A DNA stretch of 64,000 bases. It comes from Candidatus Omnitrophota bacterium. Its GTDB lineage: Bacteria; Omnitrophota; Gorgyraeia; Tantalellales; Tantalellaceae. The stretch is from assembly GCA_028715965.1 (NCBI GenBank), contig JAQUQS010000001.1:164188-228187 (forward strand), given 5' to 3'. Positions 37,127 through 46,421 of this stretch are shown here, piece after piece. How positions within the stretch are numbered: the stretch's first letter is position 1; every line of letters starts with the position of its first letter. The translations under genes and the position numbers were made by a program. A model generated the notes under the pieces. The model saw only the letters and a program-made list of their open reading frames with translations. It made no database searches and had not been told where the DNA came from.

Positions 37127-38806
37127 TCAGTCCTTCCCCGTATCGTCGAGGTCATAGGAAGTATTTATCCCGAATCTTTCGCAAAGTGCGCTTATCTCGT
37201 TCTTGAGCCCTACCGGATCCCCCAGCCCCATGCTATCCCGGCTTATGAGGTAATATATCCTGCGAAAAGCCCATTGCCTGGCGATATCCTTATCCCCCGG
37301 GGAAGCGTCTTTCAACGATTTGGCGAAAATGAACTCTTTCGTCGCGCCTTTTATCTCTCCCAGTAGCTGCATGGAAAATATGTCCTCTTCCCCGTAGCGG
37401 CCATATATGGCGAACGGCTTTCCCATGTAAAAATCAGTAAGATATTTCGGGAAGATCTCATCTTGACGCAGGCCGTTGGACCTATAACGTACGTTTATCA
37501 GCAGCGGGTCCTTGATCTCCCTGTAGAACCCCACAAAAGCCGTGTCAATGTCGGCGTTCGACGACGCGAATCCGCTCCAGGCCCTGTTCTGGTAAGATAT
37601 GAACTCCAGAAGATATCGATTGACCCGGCTGCCGCCGCCGAAACAGAAAATCGGTCTTTTCATATCGTTAGACCGCGTTATCTCCTGTATGATATTACGC
37701 GAATCGACAAGACCTGTCGTGGGTCGTCCGTCGCTTATAAGTATAACATATGATGGAACGGACCGCATTGGTTCCTGTGTAATATCCAGAAGGGCCCTTT
37801 CCACATTGGTCTGCCCGGTGGATTCCAGGTCCCTTATGAACGACCTGGCGCTTTCGACCGTCCTTTCCGTACACCTTAACGGGGTCTCACTGAACTTTAT
37901 CACGTTGCCCTTGAACGATAATATGTTGAACGTATCTCCCGGATTGAATATCTGGATAGCGTTCCATAGCCCTTTTTTTATCTCCGCTAGTTTCTGCTCG
38001 GTTATGCTCTTCGAAGAATCAACAAGGAAAAGCACTTCTTTTGGCATGACCTGCAGGTCCCCTGTCCTTTTTACGTTTATAAGAACGCGGAAAAAATTCT
38101 CTCCCGTACCCGGGTCATGATACGTCTTGAGGTCAACGTCAAGATACGGGCTTATGTCCCCGTAATCCCCTATACGCGACGGCCCCTTGCTGGCGGACAC
38201 TTCTTTGGATACAGGATCGGGAGAGGTCTTTAGCAGTGGCTCCGGCAATGGTGTGGACATGCCTTTCCCCGGGGGAGAAATGCTTGAGATCTCCGATGAT
38301 CTGAGCTCACCTGGGACCCCGTCTTCCCCTGCCGGGGCTTTTACCATGCCTCCTGAGACAAATTCACCGGCAATATGTCTTCTTTCCGATGTTATGCGTC
38401 TACTGGACTTCTTGGCCTCGGCCTTTATCACGTCCGGCAATTCCATCTTTCTGCTCAAACTTCCCGACACATCCTCCCTGTCGGCCGCCTTCATTTCATG
38501 CTTTTTCTTTTCTATGGCCTCACCCTCCAACTTCGCCACTGGCATGACCTTCTCGAACAGTACTTCATCGATACCTGTTGTCTCATGCGACATCTTAATG
38601 GCAGGCTGGGTATCATCTTCTTCCCGCGCTATGGAAATATCCCCGGCGCGGCCCTCCAATCCGCGGATACGGAAAAGTTTCTGCGACGCGATGATCGCGT
38701 GTTTAACCCCGGCAAGTCTTATATACGGGCTTACCGCCACGAATATGACGTGCAGCAGTATGGACGCTATCAAGGCAAGATAAAGGGTCCTAGTTCTTCT
38801 TGTCAT
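37127..38806 (-). CDS. Membrane-anchored VWA-domain protein with a TonB/TolA-like N-terminal anchor (SxxxH motif), a charged and Pro-containing linker, a VWA domain and a ~200-aa C-terminal region.
   Basis: The N-terminus is MTRRTRTLYLALIASILLHVIFVAVSPY (S-ILL-H, as in TonB SHLS / TolA). The linker is ...SSISPPGKGMSTPLPEPLLKTSPDPVSKE. The VWA region is VLFLVDSSKSITE...LISDGRPTTG. It overlaps the upstream TPR gene by 17 nt. Confidence 0.75.
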   Translation of the reverse strand: MTRRTRTLYLALIASILLHVIFVAVSPYIRLAGVKHAIIASQKLFRIRGLEGRAGDISIAREEDDTQPAIKMSHETTGIDEVLFEKVMPVAKLEGEAIEKKKHEMKAADREDVSGSLSRKMELPDVIKAEAKKSSRRITSERRHIAGEFVSGGMVKAPAGEDGVPGELRSSEISSISPPGKGMSTPLPEPLLKTSPDPVSKEVSASKGPSRIGDYGDISPYLDVDLKTYHDPGTGENFFRVLINVKRTGDLQVMPKEVLFLVDSSKSITEQKLAEIKKGLWNAIQIFNPGDTFNILSFKGNVIKFSETPLRCTERTVESARSFIRDLESTGQTNVERALLDITQEPMRSVPSYVILISDGRPTTGLVDSRNIIQEITRSNDMKRPIFCFGGGSRVNRYLLEFISYQNRAWSGFASSNADIDTAFVGFYREIKDPLLINVRYRSNGLRQDEIFPKYLTDFYMGKPFAIYGRYGEEDIFSMQLLGEIKGATKEFIFAKSLKDASPGDKDIARQWAFRRIYYLISRDSMGLGDPVGLKNEISALCERFGINTSYDLDDTGKD

Positions 38807-41144
38807 CTATCTCTTCTATTCTCTTCTTTGCGTTGGAGGAAAAAGAGCTGTCCGGATATCTACCTATCAGCTCCTTCAGCACTTTCACCGCCTCTACCTC
38901 GTCACCCGCTTCATAAAAAGCTTCCCCTGCCCGGAACAAGGCTTCCGAGCATAGTCCCTTATCTTCGTACAATATGGCCACCATCATGTAGTTTTTCGCG
39001 GCTTCCCTGTTATCCTTCTTAGCGGCGTATATCCTTCCCATTTCGAACCGTACGAGCGCCCCGGTCTTGTTGTCCCTGTCCGATGTAAGGGCTTTCTCGA
39101 GCTCTACAATGGCCTTGTCCATTTCCCCCTTATTGTACAGGGCCTTACCCATGCCGAGATAAGCTCGCCCGGCATATGGCGTACCTTCACCTTTTTCGGA
39201 TATATCCTTATATAGCTTGAACGCCTTGTCATTCTCCCCGGAACACAGGAATACCTGGGCCCTTAGGTAAGCTATACCCGTATCGGAGGCCCGTCCCGGA
39301 TATTCTTCTACGAGCCTGTCCAGGGCCGTCATGGCCTTTTCCCGATCACATTCTTCGGCGTAAAATTCCGCCACCCACTGGTATATGCCTTCAGGCATCC
39401 TGTACGCGGTCCGGGTGGAGATCAGCCCATAATACACGTCTGCCGCCCCGGCATGGTCACCTTCCTGGAAAAGGGAATACGCCTTTGCTTCGGCGGCCTT
39501 GTCCGCCAGGTCGGATGTATCCTTTATCGTATCGAAATTCTCTACCGACAGGGCCCATTCCTTCTTTGCTTGATACGCTTTCCCCATAGCGTACATGACC
39601 GCGTCGCCGACCCGGGTATCGGGATACTCCGCCAGGAGCCCCTTGTAACACTCTATGCTCTTGTCATATTCCTGGGCACCTAGATACGCTTTGCCCATCT
39701 GGTAAAGCACGTTCTCCCGGAGAGGACTGTCCTTGTACCTGTTCAAAAAATCCTCACAATCCCGCGCGGCGTCATTAAAAAGCTCGAGGGAGATCTTCTC
39801 TTCCACCGATCTCAATATAGCCACAGGCGCTCTTTCTTCCGATGGGTCGTTCTTGGCGAAAAGATCCAGGTATTTCGTGGCTTTTTCATGGTCATTGAGC
39901 TCGGAAGATAACCACCCGGCCTCATAAAGCGCGTCGCCATAATACCTGCTGGATGGATATCCCGATAACACTTTCTCGAAACTCGAGAGAGCTTCTTTCT
40001 TGTCCCCTTTCCGGGTAAGGATCTTACCCTTGAGATACAATGCCTCACTCAAGTCCTCATCCCCTGTCCCAGGAAAACTCCCGACCTTCAACAGGGCTTC
40101 CGGGTCTTTATCCATGCGATAAAGGACCCATGCCAGATCTAGCGTAGATCTTTTGCCGGACACGGTCTCGGGATATTCCTTTTCGTTCTTCGAGAAAAAA
40201 CGCGCCGCCTCCACGTACCTGTCATCGTTGAAACAGCTCACGCCAGCCGCGTAGATCATTTTTGAGCGGATGTCCCTGTCTGAAACCCTGTCAAGGGCGC
40301 CATCAACGAACGCCGCTGTCTCAGCCCCATTACCTTCCCGGCTGATACAGGAAACCAAGCCCAAAGCCGCCCTGTCAAGGACCGTGGGCGGCATTTCCTC
40401 CCCCTCCATAAGTTCGTTATATATCTGTCCGGCCAGGGAAGTCTTGTCCATCGCGTAATACGCCCCGGCAGCGTAGAGTTTGGCCTGGTATTTAGACTCG
40501 CTTTCGGGAAAAAGTCCCGCTGCCGATAGATAAGCCTCCGCCTCTTTCCCGTATTCTTTCCTTCCGTCGTATATCCCTCCCAGGGACATGTATGCATATG
40601 GAGCATATTCACTGTCTCCGTACCTTGACACAAAACCTTCTAGGGCCGTCATGGCCTTTTCGGTCTTTCCCTGTTTATCATATCCGGACGCGAGATAGAA
40701 CCTGGCGGACTCTTCGACATCATCCTCCTCTCCCGAAGATATGAGGCGTGAGAATACCCTTTCGGAATCCGCGTAATCCCCCTTCATGTAGTATGACTGC
40801 CCCTTACGCAGGACCATTTCCCTTGAGAACGCGCTCCCAGGGCTGGCGTTCAGGATCTCGTCACAATATGACAGGGTCTCGTCATATTGCCCGGACAGAA
40901 AATAGCTCTCTACGATCCTGTACTCGGCCAGATCCTTGTGGGCCGACCCCGGATATTCCGACAAGAACCCCTTATACCCTTCTATGGCCATATCATACAT
41001 GCCCCGAGAGAAAAGACCGTTAGCGAAATCCAGTTCCTCCACCTCGTTCCCTGCCCTGTCGCCCGCGGCATAACCCGTGTATTGCGCCATGACCGGGAAC
41101 AAAAAGATCGCGGCCACCAGATACAGTCGTCCTATTCTTCTCAT
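38790..41144 (-). CDS. Large periplasmic TPR-repeat protein (784 aa, more than 15 TPR units) with a signal peptide.
   Basis: The signal peptide is MRRIGRLYLVAAIFLFPVMAQ. Repeated TPR signatures follow (AEYRIVESYFLSGQYDETL..., AYLRAQVFLCSGENDKAFKLY..., ALFRAGEAFYEAGDEVEAVKVLKELIGRYP). Its start overlaps the exbD stop (ATGA). Confidence 0.8.
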   Translation of the reverse strand: MRRIGRLYLVAAIFLFPVMAQYTGYAAGDRAGNEVEELDFANGLFSRGMYDMAIEGYKGFLSEYPGSAHKDLAEYRIVESYFLSGQYDETLSYCDEILNASPGSAFSREMVLRKGQSYYMKGDYADSERVFSRLISSGEEDDVEESARFYLASGYDKQGKTEKAMTALEGFVSRYGDSEYAPYAYMSLGGIYDGRKEYGKEAEAYLSAAGLFPESESKYQAKLYAAGAYYAMDKTSLAGQIYNELMEGEEMPPTVLDRAALGLVSCISREGNGAETAAFVDGALDRVSDRDIRSKMIYAAGVSCFNDDRYVEAARFFSKNEKEYPETVSGKRSTLDLAWVLYRMDKDPEALLKVGSFPGTGDEDLSEALYLKGKILTRKGDKKEALSSFEKVLSGYPSSRYYGDALYEAGWLSSELNDHEKATKYLDLFAKNDPSEERAPVAILRSVEEKISLELFNDAARDCEDFLNRYKDSPLRENVLYQMGKAYLGAQEYDKSIECYKGLLAEYPDTRVGDAVMYAMGKAYQAKKEWALSVENFDTIKDTSDLADKAAEAKAYSLFQEGDHAGAADVYYGLISTRTAYRMPEGIYQWVAEFYAEECDREKAMTALDRLVEEYPGRASDTGIAYLRAQVFLCSGENDKAFKLYKDISEKGEGTPYAGRAYLGMGKALYNKGEMDKAIVELEKALTSDRDNKTGALVRFEMGRIYAAKKDNREAAKNYMMVAILYEDKGLCSEALFRAGEAFYEAGDEVEAVKVLKELIGRYPDSSFSSNAKKRIEEIDDKKN

Positions 41145-41569
41145 TTCTTGTCCTTTTCACGTATAGTAGCGAAAGAAACGTTCCATATCCCGCTGGAAGC
41201 GCAAATGTCCAATACTTTTATGACGTCCTTATGAAGAGTGTCCCTGTCCGCCCTGATTATCACGGGCTGGTTCTTATAAAGCTCCGCCACCCGTACCAGC
41301 ATGTCCCGGAGCGCGGCGTGGTCCAGCTCCCTCTGGTTAACGACTATCGTGCCATCCTGACGTATGTTTATTATTATTTCACCTGCCGTACGTTTCATAT
41401 CCGTGGACTTTTCGGCGACCGGTACGGTGATGTTTATCTCACTCTCAAGCTGGTAAAATACCGACGCGGACATGAAAAAGATGAGAAGAAGGAATACGAT
41501 ATCTATGAGCGGAGCCATTTGTATCTGGGGGCCCGTCTGCTTTGCTTCCTTTACGGACGAAAGATCCAT
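41141..41569 (-). CDS. exbD: ExbD/TolR-family biopolymer transport protein.
   Basis: It is 142 aa with the N-terminal motif APLIDIVFLLLIFFM (the conserved TM Asp-containing segment of ExbD/TolR). Confidence 0.85.
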   Translation of the reverse strand: MDLSSVKEAKQTGPQIQMAPLIDIVFLLLIFFMSASVFYQLESEINITVPVAEKSTDMKRTAGEIIINIRQDGTIVVNQRELDHAALRDMLVRVAELYKNQPVIIRADRDTLHKDVIKVLDICASSGIWNVSFATIREKDKK

Positions 41570-41591
41570 CTATGTCTCCTTTTCTGCCGTA

Positions 41592-42338
41592 TCAGCGTTT
41601 AATGTTCTTCTTTACCAGAAGGTGGTACAGGTCTCCTGACACGTCTTCAAGCCGGGCTATGACCCCTTGGACCTTTCCCCTGAAAAAAGAATAAAAGATC
41701 ATCGACGGTATCGCTATCATAAGTCCCGCGGCTGTGGTAACCATAGCTTTTGATATCCCGCTGGCAAGTAGTATGGGTTTAACTGACCCGGTCTGGAACG
41801 CGATAACATTGAAAGCCTGTATCATACCTATGACCGTACCCAGGAGGCCCACCATGGGAGCTATAGACGCTATATCTGCCAGGTAACTTATCTTCTGCCA
41901 CAGGTCTTCCACGGCCCGCCGGCCCGCGTCCTGTATGGCCTCTTTTATTATAGGCTCTTCCTTTCCTACACGGGTAAGTCCCGCCAGAAGCACATCCGAT
42001 ATAAGGTTGTTATTATTCTCGCATATCATCTTTGCCTCCTGGAACCCGCTCCTTTCGATGACCGATACGGTCTTCTCGAAAAATGTGTCCGGGATAAGTT
42101 TTTCTTTCTTGATCATTACCGTGTAATATATGATGAGCCCGACCGCGGCTATCGATAAAAATCCCAGCACCACCATCACCCATCCCCCGGACTGGATTAT
42201 CTGCCACAAGGTCATCCCGTTCTCCGCGTCGGACGCGTCGGGGATATATTGCGAGACGGCTCCCTGGGCTGTTGCTTCCATTGTCATTATTACGTTCATT
42301 AAGCAGAAAAATACGGCGGTTCTCTTACGGATATTCAT
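41592..42338 (-). CDS. exbB: MotA/TolQ/ExbB-family proton channel with an N-terminal signal/periplasmic extension.
   Basis: The C-terminal TM2/TM3 signature is ...IASIAPMVGLLGTVIGMIQAF...SGISKAMVTTAAGLMIAIPS. A strong SD (AGGAGGT-6 nt) supports the start at 42338; the ORF track extends to 42392. Confidence 0.85.
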   Translation of the reverse strand: MNIRKRTAVFFCLMNVIMTMEATAQGAVSQYIPDASDAENGMTLWQIIQSGGWVMVVLGFLSIAAVGLIIYYTVMIKKEKLIPDTFFEKTVSVIERSGFQEAKMICENNNNLISDVLLAGLTRVGKEEPIIKEAIQDAGRRAVEDLWQKISYLADIASIAPMVGLLGTVIGMIQAFNVIAFQTGSVKPILLASGISKAMVTTAAGLMIAIPSMIFYSFFRGKVQGVIARLEDVSGDLYHLLVKKNIKR

Positions 42339-42430
42339 CCCCTGACCTCCTGTTTGATCTTTGGCGGGATACATAACAAGGCAAAAAGACATATCATGGT
42401 CATGCAGTCCTTCCTGGTATATTTCATAGA

Positions 42431-42460
42431 ATTATACATTTTTGTAAGGCTATGTGTAAA
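42431..42460 (-). promoter_or_regulatory. Sigma70-type promoter for the exbB-exbD-TPR-VWA module (TTTACA-18-TGTATAAT).
   Basis: On the minus strand it reads TTTACACATAGCCTTACAAAAATGTATAAT. A perfect TATAAT with an extended TG lies about 95 nt upstream of the exbB ATG. Confidence 0.55.
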
Positions 42461-42479
42461 GGAATAACTGGCTCATGTA

Positions 42480-43202
42480 TCATACGAAGATCACAGTGCC
42501 GGCGTCAAAAAGCGGCGCGCTATGGACCTCAAGGCTGATGACCCCGGCCCGGGAGAACATTTCCTTGATGCGGAGGCCGTCAGGGTGGGTCAGGAGGTCC
42601 CCCGCGATAAAGACCCTGCCGTCCGGGAGCGTTCCACTGGCGCCTCCGATCAGACCATACTTCTCTCCAGGCAGTTCTACCCCGCCCGCGGATACCAACC
42701 CGGCCGTAATGCCCCTTTTTTGGGCCTCAAGGTATATTCCTTTATCCGAAGTCACTATATGCCGGTCGTCAAGGACAAGAGTGGAACATCTCGCGTACCC
42801 CTGAGGTACATGTACGAAGTCCAACCCCGCTTCCAGGCCGAGTTCTTTTATTACCGGGTCCGTGTGTTCCAGGTTGTGGAACATGAACCTCCCTATCTTT
42901 ACCGCGTTATATGAACATGTGCGGGGATACTTCCCGTCAGGCACCTTGCTCCCAGGGACCGTCCTTATCCCGTTACGCCTGAAAATATCCGTATATGTGT
43001 GGTCTATACCCGGGGCGTGTACAACAAGGTCTTCCCTTAACTTGAAAAAGAATATATCCGGGTGCCCGGATATTGAGGCATAGACCGTTTCCCTGCCAAA
43101 TGCTTTTGACGAAGAGAACTCTACGGGGTCGACATCCGGCAGCCCGGCGGACATCCCGGAAATATAAACTCCCGGCATACGTTCGTCATATAGCGCTTTC
43201 AT
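42480..43202 (-). CDS. Conserved hypothetical protein (240 aa) encoded directly downstream of a radical SAM gene; family not recognized.
   Basis: An uninterrupted ORF with coding-like composition lies adjacent to the rSAM stop with a 0-nt gap. No motif was confidently assigned. Confidence 0.5.
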   Translation of the reverse strand: MKALYDERMPGVYISGMSAGLPDVDPVEFSSSKAFGRETVYASISGHPDIFFFKLREDLVVHAPGIDHTYTDIFRRNGIRTVPGSKVPDGKYPRTCSYNAVKIGRFMFHNLEHTDPVIKELGLEAGLDFVHVPQGYARCSTLVLDDRHIVTSDKGIYLEAQKRGITAGLVSAGGVELPGEKYGLIGGASGTLPDGRVFIAGDLLTHPDGLRIKEMFSRAGVISLEVHSAPLFDAGTVIFV

Positions 43203-44306
43203 TCAACGCAGGCCTTTCATAAGTCCTTCCGGGAGCACAGCCGATGCCAGGTGTTCCCGGTCCAGACAACGTGTGCCGTTACGGCCCACAATGTTCATGG
43301 ACCCTCTCGCTAAAGAGGGATCTTTTCTGAGCGTGACCCCTTTATCCGAGACAAGGCTTTTCAGCACAGCCGCGTTCTGGCCCATATATCCGTATAGATA
43401 AGGCTCATCCGACGGGTTGAAGCATAATTCGTGTATGTCGGGCATCTCCTTGAACGTGTATCTCAAGGCATATCCATATAGTAGACTTTCAGCCTTGGCC
43501 CTGAACGACTCATGGAACGGTCCAGCGACAAGCTCCGCCCCGGAAAGCAGGTCCTCTGAAGGGTGCAGGCCGCATCTTATCACTTTCATCCCGCTCGCCT
43601 CGAAAAAGAGAATAAGGTGCGCCGCCCGCATGACCGCCTCATCTTCGGGCAATGGGCAGTAAGAACCTTCCCTGAACAGCCTTTCCATCTCTGTACCTTT
43701 TATCACTACGGCCGGATATATACGGACTTCATCCGCCCCGGCCTTACGGGCATATACAGCGGAATGGTATTCTTCTTCCCTTCCGCTCTCGGGAAGTCCC
43801 AGCATCAATTGATGGGTAAGGCCAAGTCCCGCTTTTTTCACGATCTTTGAGGCGACTTCCGAATCATGCGCGGTATGGCCTCTCTGGCATGCCTTGAGGA
43901 CCCTGTCCGACATTGACTGCACTCCAAGCTCCACGCGTATTACTCCCATGTTCCCGAGAAACGAGGTCTTTCCCTCATCTATATTGTCCGGGCGGGTGGA
44001 AACCCTTATGCCTTTTATCCTTCCGCTGTCCAAAAAACCCTTAACACTGACCAGGAGGTGTTCCTGCAGGTCTACCGGCAGAGCGGTGAACGTCCCACCG
44101 AAAAAACCTACCTCTATCCAGGCATCGCGTTCTCTTATCGTGGACAGGTATTTTTCCACTACGGCAGGTATATCAGGGACCTTTGTCTCTTCCTGACCCG
44201 ATATCTTGTCCTGGTCACAAAAAATACACTTACACGGGCATCCCTTATGCGGGATAAAGAACGGGATCGTGTATCGTTTTTTCCGTCTATCGCTCGACAT
44301 ACTCAA
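43203..44306 (-). CDS. Radical SAM protein (ELP3/COG1243-like radical SAM core without an acetyltransferase domain).
   Basis: The motif FIPHKGCPCKCIFCDQ (CxxxCxxC in the ELP3-like context) and a downstream GGTFTALP segment are present. It overlaps maf by 20 nt. Confidence 0.7.
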   Translation of the reverse strand: MSMSSDRRKKRYTIPFFIPHKGCPCKCIFCDQDKISGQEETKVPDIPAVVEKYLSTIRERDAWIEVGFFGGTFTALPVDLQEHLLVSVKGFLDSGRIKGIRVSTRPDNIDEGKTSFLGNMGVIRVELGVQSMSDRVLKACQRGHTAHDSEVASKIVKKAGLGLTHQLMLGLPESGREEEYHSAVYARKAGADEVRIYPAVVIKGTEMERLFREGSYCPLPEDEAVMRAAHLILFFEASGMKVIRCGLHPSEDLLSGAELVAGPFHESFRAKAESLLYGYALRYTFKEMPDIHELCFNPSDEPYLYGYMGQNAAVLKSLVSDKGVTLRKDPSLARGSMNIVGRNGTRCLDREHLASAVLPEGLMKGLR

Positions 44307-44880
44307 GGATATCCTCGCCTATTTTGCCGAACAACTCACGCAGCTTTATCATTGGCAGTCCCAGGACATTGAAAAAGGACCCTTTTATGTCATCGAAAAG
44401 CATGGACCCTGCCCCTTCTATAGTGAACCCTCCGGCCTTATCATACGGGCCTAGTATATCGAAGAACATATCCGCATCCTTTTTATTCAATTTTACGGTG
44501 CGTATGGTGGTCCTTTCAACCCCTGACGCCATCTTACCGGTCGTAGTATCCATTACACACAGGCCGGTATACACATCCACGCGCCTGCCGGAGAAACCAA
44601 GGAGAAGTCTCTTGGCTTCCACCTTGTTCCCGGGTTTTCCGATAAGCCTGTCTCCACACACCACAAGTGTATCCGCCCCGATGACCACAGTACCGTGGGC
44701 CATACTCGAAGCTACGGCTTTTGTCTTCCTCTTTGCGTTCTCGATAACTATCTTTCTGACCCCGGATGCTTTCCCGGATATTTCCGGCACATGGCTCGGA
44801 ACGACCCTACACCTGATACCGCACTCCGACAATATGTTCTTCCGCCGCTTCGAGGCGGATGCCAGGACTATTTTTCTCAT
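44287..44880 (-). CDS. maf: Maf-like nucleoside triphosphate pyrophosphatase (septum formation protein Maf).
   Basis: The protein is 197 aa with N-terminal IVLASASKRRKNIL and ...IGADTLV..., the Maf family signature. Confidence 0.85.
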   Translation of the reverse strand: MRKIVLASASKRRKNILSECGIRCRVVPSHVPEISGKASGVRKIVIENAKRKTKAVASSMAHGTVVIGADTLVVCGDRLIGKPGNKVEAKRLLLGFSGRRVDVYTGLCVMDTTTGKMASGVERTTIRTVKLNKKDADMFFDILGPYDKAGGFTIEGAGSMLFDDIKGSFFNVLGLPMIKLRELFGKIGEDILEYVER

Positions 44881-44893
44881 TCTCCTCCAGTGA

Positions 44894-45922
44894 TCATTGT
44901 TCTTTTATATACAGTTTCCGGCCATCCAGGGATAATGCCTCCAGGAACCCACGCAAAGCTTCCTTCCCCGGGGATATCCGGCCGTATCTTTTCATGACAA
45001 AGTCAATGTTCTTATACCGCCTGAGGTACCAGGTAATGTATTTGTACATGCGGCTCTTCGCCAGGGCGCTGTCATAATGTTCCAGGGACAGGAGGTAATG
45101 CTCGGCTATGATATTCTTCAGTTTCCTGAACCCGGGATCGGGTCTTTCCTCTTTACCGGATAGAACGCGCCTTATGTCATCGAATATCCATGGCTTTCCT
45201 AATGCCCCTCGCGCTACATATACCCCGTCGCACCCCGTCAATGATATGGTTTCCATCGCGCTCTGGGCCGAAAAGATGTTTCCACTCGCGAAAACCGGGA
45301 TAGACACCGCCTCCTTGACCTCTTTCACAATATTGTGGTCGGCACCCCCCCGGTACATCTGCTCCCTGGTCCGTGGATGCACACATATGGCCCTGGCACC
45401 GGCTTCCTCCACCATACGCGCGACCTTAAGGTAGTTCATCTCTGATGGGCCCCATCCGCTCCTGATCTTCACCGTGACCGGGATGTTGACCGCGCCGACC
45501 ACATGTCCCACCATTTTCGCCAGTTTTTCCGGCTCCTTAAGAAGCGCTGACCCTTTCCCCCCTTTTATGACCTTGCGCGCGGGACATCCTGCGTTTATAT
45601 CTATCACGGGAAAGCCCTTCTCCTCGCACAATCTGGCCACATCCACCATTTTTGTTATATCCTGCCCGACAAGCTGGACCCCGATCGGCCTGTCTTCCGG
45701 CAGTATATCCAGCATCTTGAATGATTTTTTGTTCCGGTATACTATGCCGTTCACGTCTATCATCTCAGTAAAGGCGAATTTACAACCGTATTTGCGTGAT
45801 ATCAAACGGAAAGGTACATCCGTGATCCCGGACATGGGCGCCAATACGGCTTTTGCTTTTATCATCTCGCTGATAATGTTCTTTTTCACTCTTACCGGTC
45901 TTCCTTTTCGGCCCGTGGCCAC
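44894..45922 (-). CDS. dus: tRNA-dihydrouridine synthase (DusB-like).
   Basis: The N-terminal LAPMSGITDVPFR motif and a TIM-barrel FMN-binding pattern (VDINAGCP...VTVKIR) are present. Confidence 0.85.
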   Translation of the reverse strand: MATGRKGRPVRVKKNIISEMIKAKAVLAPMSGITDVPFRLISRKYGCKFAFTEMIDVNGIVYRNKKSFKMLDILPEDRPIGVQLVGQDITKMVDVARLCEEKGFPVIDINAGCPARKVIKGGKGSALLKEPEKLAKMVGHVVGAVNIPVTVKIRSGWGPSEMNYLKVARMVEEAGARAICVHPRTREQMYRGGADHNIVKEVKEAVSIPVFASGNIFSAQSAMETISLTGCDGVYVARGALGKPWIFDDIRRVLSGKEERPDPGFRKLKNIIAEHYLLSLEHYDSALAKSRMYKYITWYLRRYKNIDFVMKRYGRISPGKEALRGFLEALSLDGRKLYIKEQ

Positions 45923-45926
45923 GGAT

Positions 45927-46421
45927 TCACAGACCCAGTTCCTTTTTCATCGCCCTGTTAATGTCTTCCCGGGCCTTACTGCTTATCCTCTTACCTTCCA
46001 CTGGCGGCCCCTGTTCCTTTCGCTTTATGCGCGAATATAGCTCTTCGACAGACAGCCTGTTGGCGCCGTATACACGTGAGTGATTTATTATATAGTTGTC
46101 ATTAGATACTACCGTAACGTTCCCGGTCGAAGAGTGTCTCCTGATCATCTCGATCACCTTATCGTCGCCTTTGCCCGTGGACGAAAAGACAGAAACCCCT
46201 CCGCTGGACATGTTCATCCGGTCAAGGTATCTGTACCGGTCATCCCCGTCAAAGACCACTTTCACCTGATGGATATCGCCCCTTGACCCCGCGAATTCAC
46301 GACTAAGCCTGACAACAGCGTTCCTCGCCCCTTCCAGGTCTTTTTCGGCCATACGGCGCGTTGCATGTAAGGCATGTATCACGTTATAACCGTCAACCAC
46401 CAGGGTGTTCTTCTTCTTCAC
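45927..46421 (-). CDS. NYN-domain (YacP/Rae1-like) predicted ribonuclease.
   Basis: The protein is 164 aa. LVVDGYNVIH...VFDGDD...VTVVSND matches the acidic NYN/PIN-like active-site pattern. Confidence 0.65.
   Translation of the reverse strand: MKKKNTLVVDGYNVIHALHATRRMAEKDLEGARNAVVRLSREFAGSRGDIHQVKVVFDGDDRYRYLDRMNMSSGGVSVFSSTGKGDDKVIEMIRRHSSTGNVTVVSNDNYIINHSRVYGANRLSVEELYSRIKRKEQGPPVEGKRISSKAREDINRAMKKELGL

Noticed and set aside
36958-37206. 82-aa plus-strand ORF in the VWA/small-ORF junction.
   Set aside because: It is antisense to the VWA gene 3' end. The minus-strand small ORF has a better context (SD, coupling, hydrophobic profile).
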